38,495 bases of DNA from Octopus bimaculoides (GCF_001194135.2 NC_068983.1:27254960-27293454); one strand, 5' to 3'. Numbered from the stretch's first letter, positions 10,937 through 22,690 are shown. Translations and numbers: made by a program. Notes: generated by a model from the sequence alone, not told the origin.

Positions 10937-11116
10937 NNNNNNNNNNNNNNNNNNNNNNNNNNNNNNNNNNNNNNNNNNNNNNNNNNNNNNNNNNNNNNNN
11001 NNNNNNNNNNNNNNNNNNNNNNNNNNNNNNNNNNNNNNNNNNNNNNNNNNNNNNNNNNNNNNNNNNNNNNNNNNNNNNNNNNNNNNNNNNNNNNNNNTGG
11101 CCGCAGCTCTAAGCTG

Positions 11117-11152
<36 letters not shown>

Positions 11153-11421
11153 CAATGTTAATTCTCTAAATGAAGTATTAACAGTAACTGCACGATAAAG
11201 TGTAGTATATTGCCACTTAAGTGTGGCTGACCCCTAGGGGTGGATGTTACTGTTGCTTTTAGCCCCAGGAGGACATCTCCTCCAGCTGGCTTATCGACAC
11301 ACGACTGTGTCCTGTTTGCCAAGGGAAGTTATCCCTCTCACCATATATATATATATATATATACATACACACACACCCATATATATATGTGTGTGGGCGT
11401 GTGTGTTTGTATACATATATA

Positions 11422-11628
11422 TTCTTTTACTCTTTTATTTGTTTCAGTCATTTGGCTGTGGCCATGCTGGAGCACCGCCTTTAGTCGAGCAAATCGACCC
11501 CAGGACTTATTCTTTGGAAGCCTAGTACTTATTCTATCGGCCCTCATTGCCGAACTGCTATGTTACTGAGACGTAAACACCACCATCAGTTGCCAAGCGA
11601 TGTTGGGGGGACAAACACAGACATACAA

Positions 11629-11630
<2 letters not shown>
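11422..11630 (-). mobile_element. 3' half of SINE family B
   Basis: TTTTACTCTTTTATTTGTTTCAGTCATTTGGCTGTGGCCATGCTGGAGCACCGCCTTTAGTCGAGCAAATCGACCCCAGGACTT..., running into (CA)n/(GATA)n. The same tail recurs at 23059, 31401 and inverted at 36757. Confidence 0.85.
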
Positions 11631-11660
<30 letters not shown>

Positions 11661-11682
11661 ATACACAGAAAGAAAGAAAGAC

Positions 11683-11683
<1 letters not shown>

Positions 11684-11751
<68 letters not shown>
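11684..11751. repeat. (GATA)n microsatellite
   Basis: Direct reading of the sequence. Confidence 0.95.
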
Positions 11752-11817
11752 CCAGAGTAAGCACATAAATGTGAAAAAAGGTGGGGAAAATGGTTTTCGA
11801 ATACCGGAGGTAGAGTA

Positions 11818-11990
11818 ATATGCTTTATGGTTAATGCTGCAAAAACATCACAAATATTTGCTACTCAGCCTTACGTTCCCCTTTGTCAGGCAGTTGTGAT
11901 CCTGGTTCAAAACTGCTCAACGAACGGGAACGTGAAACTCTGAGTACCAGTTTTTTGTCATGTTTTTGCAGTTTTAATTATAAAGTATAT
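11818..11990. mobile_element. Palindromic element made of two divergent hammerhead-like copies (Penelope inverted-pLTR type)
   Basis: Arms 11818-11895 and 11911-11990 are imperfect reverse complements around a 15-bp spacer. The right arm (plus) reads AAAACUGC-UCAACGA-ACG(GGAA)CGU-GAAA-CUCUGAG-UA-CCAGUUUU; the left arm (minus) reads AACUGC-CUGACAA-AGG(GGAA)CGU-AAGG-CUGAG-UA-GCAAAU. Confidence 0.6.
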
Positions 11991-12354
11991 GTGTATATCC
12001 ATTAACAGTATATATTGTGAAAATGGAATGATACCAGAGAATGGCCTGGTGAAGGATGATACGGAGGATTTCGGAAAGTACTAGATGTTAAAAGCTACAA
12101 AGTAGATGGTCGTAATGACATCAAATATTCGAAATCTGATTTGGGAAGATTTCCAATATCTGATTTTCTTATGACTAATTACGATTATTGAACCTGGTAT
12201 CACATTGTACCCTTTAGTGAGGCAATTCATTGAACGTGCCTCCAGTCTACTCAACTGTAAATGCAGTATACTGATGCAGTACTCTCTTTCTGGCCATCAC
12301 GTTCTCTGTGTTCTGCTGGAAATGGAAGAGTGAGAATATATCCATGTTCGCGAC

Positions 12355-13240
12355 TACATAGTCATCTGAAATAGTTAACAGAAACTATTCATTGGTAGAC
12401 AAAATCTTCTTCTATACAAAAATTGTACTCGAAAATCTCTAGCACAACCGATGCATCTGTGCCATCGTTAAGTCCATTTCTTGAATCCGCTTAAATAATT
12501 TGCTCAACTTTCATCACCCGATTTTCTCCCACTTTCATCACTGTTCGGTCAATGTCCGACCACTGACCAGCTCACTTTGCAGATAGGCTGACATCTTGCC
12601 AAAGATGTGTTCGTTCACTCCATTGGTGAATGTGGATTGCTTACATATTTTTCTGTTTCTTCAACCTAAATTCTTACCCAAGCTTCATGAGTAATCCGAC
12701 GCACCGTTCACTTTTCTTGTACGGCCATGTTCCCGAATACCAAACAAAATGATACCTTTCACATCGCAAAAAAGAAATAACACTACATTTATGTACATAT
12801 TGTTGTCTCTTGCACTTTGCCTGTTTAAACATTTCGCAAAATGTTCTTCGTGTAACATCAGAGCATGTGCATACACCGGTGGGCATATATGACACAACTA
12901 GATGCCAGCATTATGTTGATTTCTCTAAACCTTAGCCTCAGTTTCATCTTCTGCATTTTGACCCGTAAATAGTTCACGTAATGGGCTATATCACTCTGGC
13001 CCCAGGTCGAAATCGACAGTTGTGGCGACTGAAGAGTAAATCCATACTTCACCTAATAACCAAAATAAACATTTGAGGGTAAAATCTACATGAAAAGTTT
13101 CGTCATAATTTTGTTGCGATGAATGTATAAGACTGTTTTCAACACTTGGCTTGAAAACTTGATCCATATCCCAATCGGCATTATCTGTATTGATCAAACA
13201 CTTCGATCTATTGATCTTGCCGCATTTATCTCCCTTGTTA
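12355..13240 (-). pseudogene. Old, frameshifted mariner transposase remnant with probable 3' TIR
   Basis: Motifs occur in the expected order across minus frames: CRFYPQM (cf. ARWVP), KCLNRQSAR..VVLFLFCDVKGIILF (cf. KKFK.Q.SAGKVM.TVFWD.KGI), NPHSPMGVNEHIFGKMSAYL (cf. HPPYSPDLAP.D.HLFG.MK..L) and YLSGFKKWT*RWHRCI (cf. FY..GI.KL..RW.KCI). A TIR-like TACATAGTCATCTGAAATAGTT lies at 12355-12376. Confidence 0.6.
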
Positions 13241-14122
13241 TATTCAAAATTTAAACAAGATCGTTCTGTTCACAGATTACTTGAATGTTTTCTAGTAATA
13301 ACTTATTTTTTTTACTATTTTGCAATCATATTTCTGTTAATTTAAACTAAAGGAGTATAGTAAAATATATTTTTCATTTAAGTAATGTTTTGGGCACTAG
13401 CGAACATAAGATTTTGATGGAAGATGATCATGAGAGTGCTGATACCAAGAGGTTTTGGAGTTAGCTCTATTTATTTACTGTGAGCTATCTTATACTAATC
13501 TTTCAGCAGATGAATTCCTAACTACGTTTCGATTGAAATGTAATATTTTATTTTTAATTTCATTTTTTATTAGGCTATACGTAATCGGCAAAGTTATCCT
13601 TGTTCCAGCGATTGTTACAAATGGATGGCTATGTATATTGGCGAATAATTGAAGATGTGTATAGTAAACGTTTTCTATTTCACATGTTGTTCATGTAGTT
13701 GGCAAAAAGGAAGTGATTAATTGCTCACAAAATATATATACTTATAGAAATGAATTTCAATAGACATCTCCCAATTCTTAACTACTAAATCAGTGTATTG
13801 CTTCATGATCCATATTGCGATAAAGACAGACGGATTTCCACATGAGTAGTCAACATTTTCTCTTATATATTCACATATATTCATATATACGATGGTCAAA
13901 TTTGCAAACCTGGCGTTACCTCTACCAGTACACTTTACTATCCAGTGGTCTCTACGTAAACTTATGTATACAGAGAAATCAGAGGTAAGTGCTTCACTCT
14001 TAGAAACAGTTCAGATGTGATGAATGCAATTCTGACCGTCTATATACTTAGAAAGATGCGTATTTGAAAAGCACATCTTTGTATTTCAACATACATGCGC
14101 GCATACATACAGACAGACACGC

Positions 14123-14165
<43 letters not shown>

Positions 14166-14989
14166 CCATGTGTATGTGTGTGCGTGTGTGCACGCCTTTG
14201 TTTGTATGTGTGTAATCTCCATCAGAAGAAATTTGCAACTGTCATTGTGTACTTACTTTAGAATGTAATTTTGATGAGAAAATATCTCAACTACGCTGTT
14301 CACCATAAAGCGCTAACGACATTAAATGGTTTTCATGGTAAAGTATCCGACCTCCCTTTCAAATCTTTAGTACAATGATCAATACCACTTCATTATCTAT
14401 ATACATGTAGATGGTCACTGAGAGTTAAGTGCATTCACTACAGACAGAACATAGCATAGATATGAATACGAAAAGTCAATATACGAATTCTTGTTTTTAC
14501 TATATATGGTTAACAGTTAAGTACATCTTTCAATTTAAATTTAGCAGTTCAGATGGGTTTCATACTACATAAAAGTTATGCAAATTTGTTATGATTTCCT
14601 ATATAGGTTAAGTTTTATCAGCAATAGTGGATGGTGCTTATTCTAGATCCAATATGTATTATCTGTCAATCAGTATATCTCATATCTTCTCACTTCCTAT
14701 CTCTCCTTACATATACAGGAGTGGGGAAAGTACATGCAGAATTAGGTTCAAAAGGTAGAAAAACGCACTTACTGCACGTAGTAGAATTAATTAATTTGGC
14801 GTAGTTTGAAATTGCATTTTGATCTTGTATTTGTATGTGTTTAGTTTTTAGGCTTTGATACTGTTATCTTTATTATATCTTTTTGCCTTCAATATAATAG
14901 ATTCTAGCTTTATTTTCTTGTTATACTATATTTAAAGAAATTTTCCTGATCTATTATAGATTAAACAATTTTTCTTGGTTTTTCCAAAT

Positions 14990-15520
14990 ATTTTCGTGGA
15001 CCTATAAAACCTATTTTTAGTAGTTGTCTATTTCTATAATTCTCATCCTTATCTACATCAGTATTGGGTAGATGGTTACAGTCATAGTCTCATAGTTATT
15101 GTATCTAATCATATTTCTAGTATTCGGTTCAATATTTCATATTGAACTCACTCTAACTTCAAATTCCAGTGTCGATTAAACGAGTATCAGCTGAATACTA
15201 GAGACGAGTTAATCGATTTTACTTATCCCGCGTTTGGTGCCATATGCCTATGTAAAACTTCAATATTGATCTGACCAATCTATAGTACCTTTTTCTTATG
15301 TTCTACTCATTTCCCAGAGTCTTATACTTGTCTCTAATTCTCTTCGGATTCCTGTGTATTTTAACCAATCAGTTCCTAACGTCTTGCATTAATGCTTCAC
15401 ATGCTAATTCCATTATTGTAGTATCTTGATTCAGTTGAATACCCACAGTGTTAGTAACTTTCTGTCATCTACTAGCTTGGAACCATTTGTCTAACGAGAC
15501 ACATTCCTTTAAACAGGCTG
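14990..15520 (-). mobile_element. Second R4/Dong-like LINE fragment (C-terminal RT/thumb region)
   Basis: Minus frames give VSLDKW, VGIQLNQDTTIMEL, IRKRYYRLVRSILKF and HLPNTDVDK, matching FGLDKC, GI.L..G..I..L, KEY.RRVR.ILK and HPKADVDR. Confidence 0.6.
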
Positions 15521-15549
15521 AATTTTGGGTCAATTTTTAACACGGTTTT

Positions 15550-16608
15550 AGTTGAATACTGTCCCATGTAAATATTTTAAAGTCATTCCTTCAAAAACCT
15601 TTGTTGTTATTCTATTTTCGCATTTCTAGTTATTCAAAGTTTAACTCAGTAAATATGTTAAAGTGTTCTCCATTATCTAAGCGTGTGGTATACAGTCTAT
15701 CCTTTGTTTGCGATAATCCTTCCTTACCATATTAAATTGTGTTTCTATCGTCATTGCTACCATTATCAGTAGCTGTTCTTGAAATTGAAACGTACTCGTC
15801 GGGTACCGGTTCCCTGTCTCTTAGTAAGATGATATCGTTATCATAATATCCAAGCGAATATGAGGTTTTTCTATATTGTTTATATTGTTTTCTATATTGT
15901 TGTCCTATATGTTCAGAATCCTTGCCCCCTCCCCTATCTTTCTCTATGCCATATCTTGCGAAAAACATTGAGGGAAGCTTTTCTCGTCCAAAGTTGGATT
16001 CTTCTGTTTCTCATTTTCCTGTTTTCTGTATTTGGTCAAATTTTGTAAATTACACTTGACTTACTACATTTCTATATACTAAATCTTCTTTTTCTTCTAT
16101 ATAGAAACATAGACTTGTCTTCTATAGTTCTCTTTCTTCGATACACACTAAACTCTCTTCTTCGTCTGTTTGTTTTTTTTTCTTTTAATCCAGTATATCA
16201 GGTCCACATCTGTTGAATTCGTGCGGTGTGAACTGCTTTCTTATCTTCCAGTCGATATCCTTCAGCATATATTTTCTACCTTTATAATTCCAGTTCCATA
16301 TTGTCTTACTGATGCTGCCCTCAAGTAAAATGCTTGTATAATATGCATCTGAATTGAATTTGAACTTTAATAGCTACATTTCACGAAAATTTTCTTTACT
16401 GAGGGGTTCCTTCATTTCTATATTTAATTATGTGTCTTCTGCTTTTCATAGAGATCTATTCCAGTACTCTGTATCGATTTATTTCCATCATCTCTGTCAT
16501 AGCACATTTCTCGATATTAAATATCACCATATTGACGCCACTAAAGAATTCTACAATCTTCACTATTGAGCCCACTTAGTTCTTACTTTTGACATAAAGC
16601 TGTAAATC

Positions 16609-16639
<31 letters not shown>

Positions 16640-18150
16640 NNNNNNNNNNNNNNNNNNNNNNNNNNNNNNNNNNNNNNNNNNNNNNNNNNNNNNNNNNNNN
16701 NNNNNNNNNNNNNNNNNNNNNNNNNNNNNNNNNNNNNNNNNNNNNNNNNNNNNNNNNNNNNNNNNNNNNNNNNNNNNNNNNNNNNNNNNNNNNNNNNNNN
16801 NNNNNNNNNNNNNNNNNNNNNNNNNNNNNNNNNNNNNNNNNNNNNNNNNNNNNNNNNNNNNNNNNNNNNNNNNNNNNNNNNNNNNNNNNNNNNNNNNNNN
16901 NNNNNNNNNNNNNNNNNNNNNNNNNNNNNNNNNNNNNNNNNNNNNNNNNNNNNNNNNNNNNNNNNNNNNNNNNNNNNNATATACGACGGGCTTCTTTCAG
17001 TTTCTGTCTACCAAATCCACCAACAAGGCTTTGGTCGGCCGGAGGCTATAGTAGAAGACACTTGCCCAAGGTACCACGCAGTGGGACTGAACCAGAACTG
17101 TAGGTATGCAAGCTACTTACCACACAGCCACTTCTATATATGGAACACGTTTTACCTGTTTGTTCCAAGTGAGTATCATTAGTTTTGAACAGTATAATGA
17201 GCAAAGGGATGAATACAATAGCATACAAGATAGATGACCTTGGCATTTGAAAGTTTCCTTTTTTCTACTGAATATGAGTTAATATTTCCTCTTCTTAGAT
17301 CCATTTTCTAATGTCACATTACATTTTCAAATAGGCACCTATAATTTTTCGAGATCTTGATCATATTTAACACCAACGCATTCGATATTGTGTGTCTAGT
17401 TTTGTGTCCTTTCTCTATAATCGAGCGACACCATACATAAATTGGTGAATCTCTTTTAAAAATATTTGAATACCATCTTTTCAACCATTAACTGGTAGTC
17501 ATTCCCACTTTCCCTGTTCTGTTTTCGACAACCTTTTTGTTCACCAGGTATAAAGTGTTTCTCATAGTTGTGTGCTTCACCTCTTTTCCAAATTTTCGTT
17601 ACTATATTCCATTTGATTTCTTCGTAATTTGAGGCAAAGTTGCCTTTTAATTCATCTTTTAGTATTAGGCAGTTTCTTCCTTTTGTTAACTATAGCGACA
17701 CAACTCCCTTTTATTAGCACACTTTATTTCTATCACTATGGAGACTTGTAAGCGCTTTTAACCATTAACCACGAACAAGGTGTAGGCCTGATACTTTCCA
17801 TTTTCCTTTCTTTTTTGTAAAACTACTTTCAAATATTTGCTTTCTATGGTCCTCACCATTTTCAGAGTATTTGTTCACTTGCTTTATGCATTGTTACCAT
17901 TTCTCTAATTTCCTGCAAGAATATCTAGGAGGCGTTTTGGGTTTGCATGGAAAAAGGCGATTTTGCTTATTTTATTGGTTTCTTTCCTCGTCTTTTCTTA
18001 TTTCGGCAGCTTTCTGCTTTCCTCTCTGCTTTCGCTCTTTGATCGTTGTGCTAATTCCGTTTTCCTTACGTGATACATTTAATCTAATCTGCCTTTCTCT
18101 TTACTCTTTAATTTGCCTTCCTTCTACTGATTCGATTCAACCATAACTTT
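15550..18150 (-). mobile_element. R4/Dong-like (RLE-type) non-LTR retrotransposon remnant, RT domain, interrupted by a SINE and a gap
   Basis: Ordered motifs: KQNRLF, KWKVSGLHLVRG*WLKALTSLH, LTKGRNCLILKDELKGNFASNY, HFIPGEQKGCRK (17522-17560), TNLCMVSLDY, GNFQ..SSILYAIVFIPL, then YDLQLYVKS, FFSGVNMVIFNIEKCA, EMKEPLSKENF, QYGTGII, IDWKIRK, FQEQLL. Many stops and frameshifts. Confidence 0.85.
16981..17134 (-). mobile_element. SINE family B 5' half (tRNA-like head)
   Basis: Minus strand AGTGGCTGTGTGGTAAGTAGCTTGC...GGTTCAGTCCCACTGCGTGGTACCTTGGGCAAGTGTCTTCTACTATAGCCTCCGGCCGACC, with A-box-like TGGCTGTGTGG and B-box-like GGTTCAGTCCC. Confidence 0.85.
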
Positions 18151-18242
18151 TCTAATGCCGTTTAATCTTCATTAGAACATGCCTGTTCTACCAGGGCAAC
18201 TGCCGGTCCTTTTTTTTTTTGCCAACAATCCAAGAACTAAAT

Positions 18243-18244
<2 letters not shown>

Positions 18245-18300
<56 letters not shown>
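18245..18300. repeat. (ATT)n microsatellite
   Basis: Direct reading; may be the (AAT)n tail of a minus-strand LINE 3' end at 18301 onward. Confidence 0.9.
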
Positions 18301-18301
<1 letters not shown>

Positions 18302-18789
18302 CACTGCGGACAATGTAGATTTTGTCTACAATACCACCCAAAGGAAATGATTTTCCTAGATCAAATAGACTTTTTAACGAGAATACGTGCATACAGAGAA
18401 CTTCCTAAAGCTTTACGTCTCACCTTACACGGTTTGACATAACAGAGCAATGCTTGAGCTTCATTTTGGGGCATGTTTATTTCCTTACATATTTCTTTAA
18501 GTTTTTAAAAATGTGACTCCAATCATTTTGAAAATTGCCCACAAAAGATAGTGAAAATAAATAAAAGAACATCATTTTCTCATTGGGAACGAACAAGTAA
18601 AAGGAATACTATTATAATTGCAAAATTGCAGCATTATATATTAATATCCATCACCAACAAAAGCACAGCATTTATATGTTAAAATATTAACGTCGAATTT
18701 GAACATATTGAGAAGAAGTATTGGCAACAAAAACAGTAGACATATGAATATTAGGGTTAAGATAATATGAATAAAGAAACGCTATACCT

Positions 18790-19560
18790 ACTAAACGTTC
18801 TTCCAGTCAGAAACAATAATCTTGATATGGAATATTTTGCTGAAGGAACGGAAGCCTGAGTAATTTTGTAGACAGGACAGACGCCAGCCTACAACAAGCC
18901 CAATCAGATATGCAAGAGAGGAGATAATAATCCACCAAGGCCATAGGAGTCTATTTTGAGCGACCGTGAGAATAATTGGAAATGGCTCTATCAGATATTT
19001 CAAATGAAATATCCGTTACAGGTGAAGAAATTATACATGGTAGTATAGGCATCATCACTTAAAGAGAGGACAAGGCAACAGCGTGAATCAATGTACTATG
19101 CGATACGCATGTTCAAAAGCTGGTTTCGTAATATTTGGGTAAAGTGAAACACCAAAACAGAACGGATCAACTCAACTGCATTGGTGTTGTTGTTGGTCAA
19201 AGGCTAGTTGTCACAATAGGAGCTGGACAAATATAAATTTTGTGACAAATAAAATATAAATTTTATGAGGGCGCCCAGCGAAGCAGTGAAACAGCCGTAG
19301 GTGTTGAAAACAAGCTGCTGAAAAGAACTCAGCATCCAAGGTAAACGATTAGTTTGCTATAAATGTTGGAGCAAGAACAGAGCTTGCCGCGTCTTCTGAA
19401 TACAACTGGCGATGACGATTAGAATGACTCACAACAACCACAACAGATCCACTCCATGCGTCTTTCTAAACAGTCACGAAATAGGTGCACTTTTCATAAA
19501 AGCAAACACTAAGATGTCATTGTAACCAGCAGTGATCCGAACAATCACAGCCAATTTTGA
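18790..19560 (-). mobile_element. Decayed CR1/L2-group LINE fragment (end of APE domain to start of RT)
   Basis: Minus frames give GCDCSDHC (APE SDH motif, about 19530-19553), FYLSQNLYLSSS..PL, IDSYGLGG (cf. KAYGPDG) and VSDWKNV (cf. PS.WK.A) in the correct order and with plausible spacing. Confidence 0.5.
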
Positions 19561-19606
19561 GAAGTTTCATTTAAACGAATAATACACAGACGCACAAACA
19601 CACACA

Positions 19607-19651
<45 letters not shown>

Positions 19652-20320
19652 NNNNNNNNNNNNNNNNNNNNNNNNNNNNNNNNNNNNNNNNNNNNNNNNN
19701 NNNNNNNNNNNNNNNNNNNNNNNNNNNNNNNNNNNNNNNNNNNNNNNNNNNNNNNNNNNNNNNNNNNNNNNNNNNNNNNNNNNNNNNNNNNNNNNNNNNN
19801 NNNNNNNNNNNNNNNNNNNNNNNNNNNNNNNNNNNNNNNNNNNNNNNNNNNNNNNNNNNNNNNNNNNNNNNNNNNNNNNNNNNNNNNNNNNNNNNNNNNN
19901 NNNNNNNNNNNNNNNNNNNNNNNNNNNNNNNNNNNNNNNNNNNNNNNNNNNNNNNNNNNNNNNNNNNNNNNNNNNNNNNNNNNNNNNNNNNNNNNNNNNN
20001 NNNNNNNNNNNNNNNNNNNNNNNNNNNNNNNNNNNNNNNNNNNNNNNNNNNNNNNNNNNNNNNNNNNNNNNNNNNNNNNNNNNNNNNNNNNNNNNNNNNN
20101 NNNNNNNNNNNNNNNNNNNNNNNNNNNNNNNNNNNNNNNNNNNNNNNNNNNNNNNNNNNNNNNNNNNNNNNNNNNNNNNNNNNNNNNNNNNNNNNNNNNN
20201 NNNNNNNNNNNNNNNNNNNNNNNNNNNNNNNNNNNNNNNNNNNNNNNNNNNNNNNNNNNNNNNNNNNNNNNNNNNNNNNNNNNNNNNNNNNNNNNNNNNN
20301 NNNNNNNNNNNNNNNNNNNN

Positions 20321-20361
<41 letters not shown>

Positions 20362-20454
20362 TAATAATAATAAATAACAACAAAAGAATGAGACCTATTA
20401 GACAAATAGAGGATTACTTATATATGTTATACTTTAGAACAAATAGTAAAATAT

Positions 20455-20681
20455 TGTCACTATAGTACTCGGAGTTTCGAATGTCGGAGCGAAGAGCTAC
20501 GATACATTCTCGTCGACTAATAATATATATTTTCTTTCTTCTTCTTTTTCTTTTTCTACCTATTAGAGTATCTTCCCTTTTATTCAACGGTTTTTCATAG
20601 CGTCTGTCACCATCAATAATCGGCTAGATTGTATTGAATCTCTTCACTCCGACATTCGAATCTCCGAGTACTATAATGACA
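20455..20681. mobile_element. MITE-like element with 67-bp terminal inverted repeats
   Basis: Left arm TGTCACTATAGTACTCGGAGTTTCGAATGTCGGAGCGAAGAG...; reverse complement of right arm TGTCATTATAGTACTCGGAGATTCGAATGTCGGAGTGAAGAG...; 56/67 identical by manual count; about 90-bp T-rich interior. Confidence 0.75.
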
Positions 20682-22379
20682 CTCTTTTACTGTTTGTCCT
20701 AACTTATAACACACACACACACTCACACACACACACAGAGATATATATATTTGTGCGTGTTTATATATATGTATATATTTATATATATATATAATTTGCA
20801 TATGTATGCATATTTGTGTGTATGTCGGAGTGTATGGTATATAGACATATATTTACAGTGAAATGTTTACTGTGAGGAATAACTACATATGACGAAATGA
20901 AAAATTCTTTTCTTACTATTCTGAGACGTCTAAACAAGTAATAATATATCATTAACACAGCCTAAAGCAACTAAAACGCATTTTAAAATAAGGGAAACAT
21001 AATACAGTATATACATCGATTCATTGAATATATGGATTCACTGAATTCCTTATGAATGAAGCTTAGGACAATGAAATGCACCACTAATTGCTTTAAGCAT
21101 ACTCTGTTAGCACAAATTGAAACAGAAGCACATGGAAACTCTCGCATACAAGCAACACACGTTCTGAAATATGTGTGAAAGGCTCTGGTGATTTCACAGC
21201 ATATTGATTCGATCGTACTCACGCATACACATGCAAGTATATACACATATATGCATATATGTATGTATATATGTATGCATGTATGTGTGTATATATATAT
21301 GCACATATATCTCTGTATCCTCGTATACACGCTCACAGACGCTCACACAGTTACATATACACATAAATCAATGCATACTAATATATGTTTGTGTTTGCTT
21401 ATGAGTGTGTTATCAAGGAGAATGCTGGTCGTATTTGTGTACGTTTGTCTGAGTGATGCATCTATTCAAACATATGTAAACCGCTATAAATAAACGAAAT
21501 ATTTTTTTCAACGTTTGTTACTTAGTATACTTTTAACCACTTGATTTCTACAATAATATAACTTCAGGCTATAAAGTTACAGTAATTATTCTCTACCACA
21601 CGGCTTCGCTTATATCAAAGTATAGACATGTTTCTAAGATTATTCCTTGGCCTCACAAAATAAAATTTTGAATCAATAAACACGGAATATTCTTCAGTCT
21701 TTCATACTGACATCAGAACTATACTTGTTGTTGGTTGCATCTAGCTAGAGTTCAGCCGTGGCGGAATTAACCTATGTGATGTTGTTTGACTCGAGTACAG
21801 TCAGGAGTGTACTGTTTAACTCAAGTTCAACCATAATCAAGTATGCTTAAAATTGTTTCAGCTGCCCCCATGTAGCCATTGTTGTTGATTCAGTATATTT
21901 AGGGATATATAACACAGTATTTTCTTTGTTCTTAAAGGTAATTGGTTTGAATTTAATAGAGATTTGGCTATATTAATCAGGTATGATTATTGTGATGAAA
22001 TGCCTCTCTAGTAGATTCGAGGATGTGCTGATATTTCTTACTTCCGATTTAATCATGATCGACTGTGCCTACAGAGACACTTCAATGGTGAGTGTTGTAT
22101 ATTTTTATATACTTCCGATGATATTTATGCCAAATGTTTTCTATCGTTTTCTGTATAGATTTAACAGAGTAGGATACGAATTTGGCGTGGTTTTGCTGCG
22201 TTTATTTTCTAGTGATTATAACTATCATGGAAAAGACACCATGTTGATCTCCGAGTGACTGTCCATGCAACATCTATATTCCTCCCTGTGCCCGTGAAAT
22301 CTTGTATCCCTACGTAAGGCTTTAATTACACATACGCCAGCTTAATTTAATTCGTCCTTAATCGAAAGACACCTGTTGT

Positions 22380-22690
22380 TATGTCCTGTTATTTGTATTT
22401 GTGTAACATTTTCCGTCTTTTTTTCCGTCCTTGCTTTTGTATACATTCGCTGCTTTCTTCCATGGAATCTAATGCTCTTAGCTTAGTTTTTCCTTAGAGG
22501 CTGGCCAGATTGGTGCAATCTAGAGGATAACCAGCCAAAATTGCAGAGGTTATCTGGAACTCGACTGACGAAAGAAAACTCCGAATGACCCGTACTTGTT
22601 TTCTTTGTATCATCTATCTGGATGTTTTGTTGTCCCTTTTTTGTATCACCTAACTGTCTGGATGTTTTGCGTTCTTGTCCCATATTGTAT
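22380..22690 (+). repeat. Interspersed repeat, copy 1 (pLTR-like, contains CTGACGA)
   Basis: 22468-22690 is colinear with 37491-37690 (TCTAATGCTCTTAGCTTAG..GGCTGGCCAGATTG..ATAACCAGC..TTATCTGGAACTCGACTGACGAAAGAAAACT.CGAATGAC) and has an internal ~40-bp duplication. Confidence 0.7.

Noticed and set aside
12030-12190. Protein-like plus-strand stretch YGGFRKVLDVKSYKVDGRNDIKYSKSDLGRF
   Set aside because: Bounded by stops, no good splice sites and no recognisable family.
21983-22258. 91-aa hydrophobic ORF
   Set aside because: No recognisable motif, and the length is within what chance can give over 38 kb in six frames.
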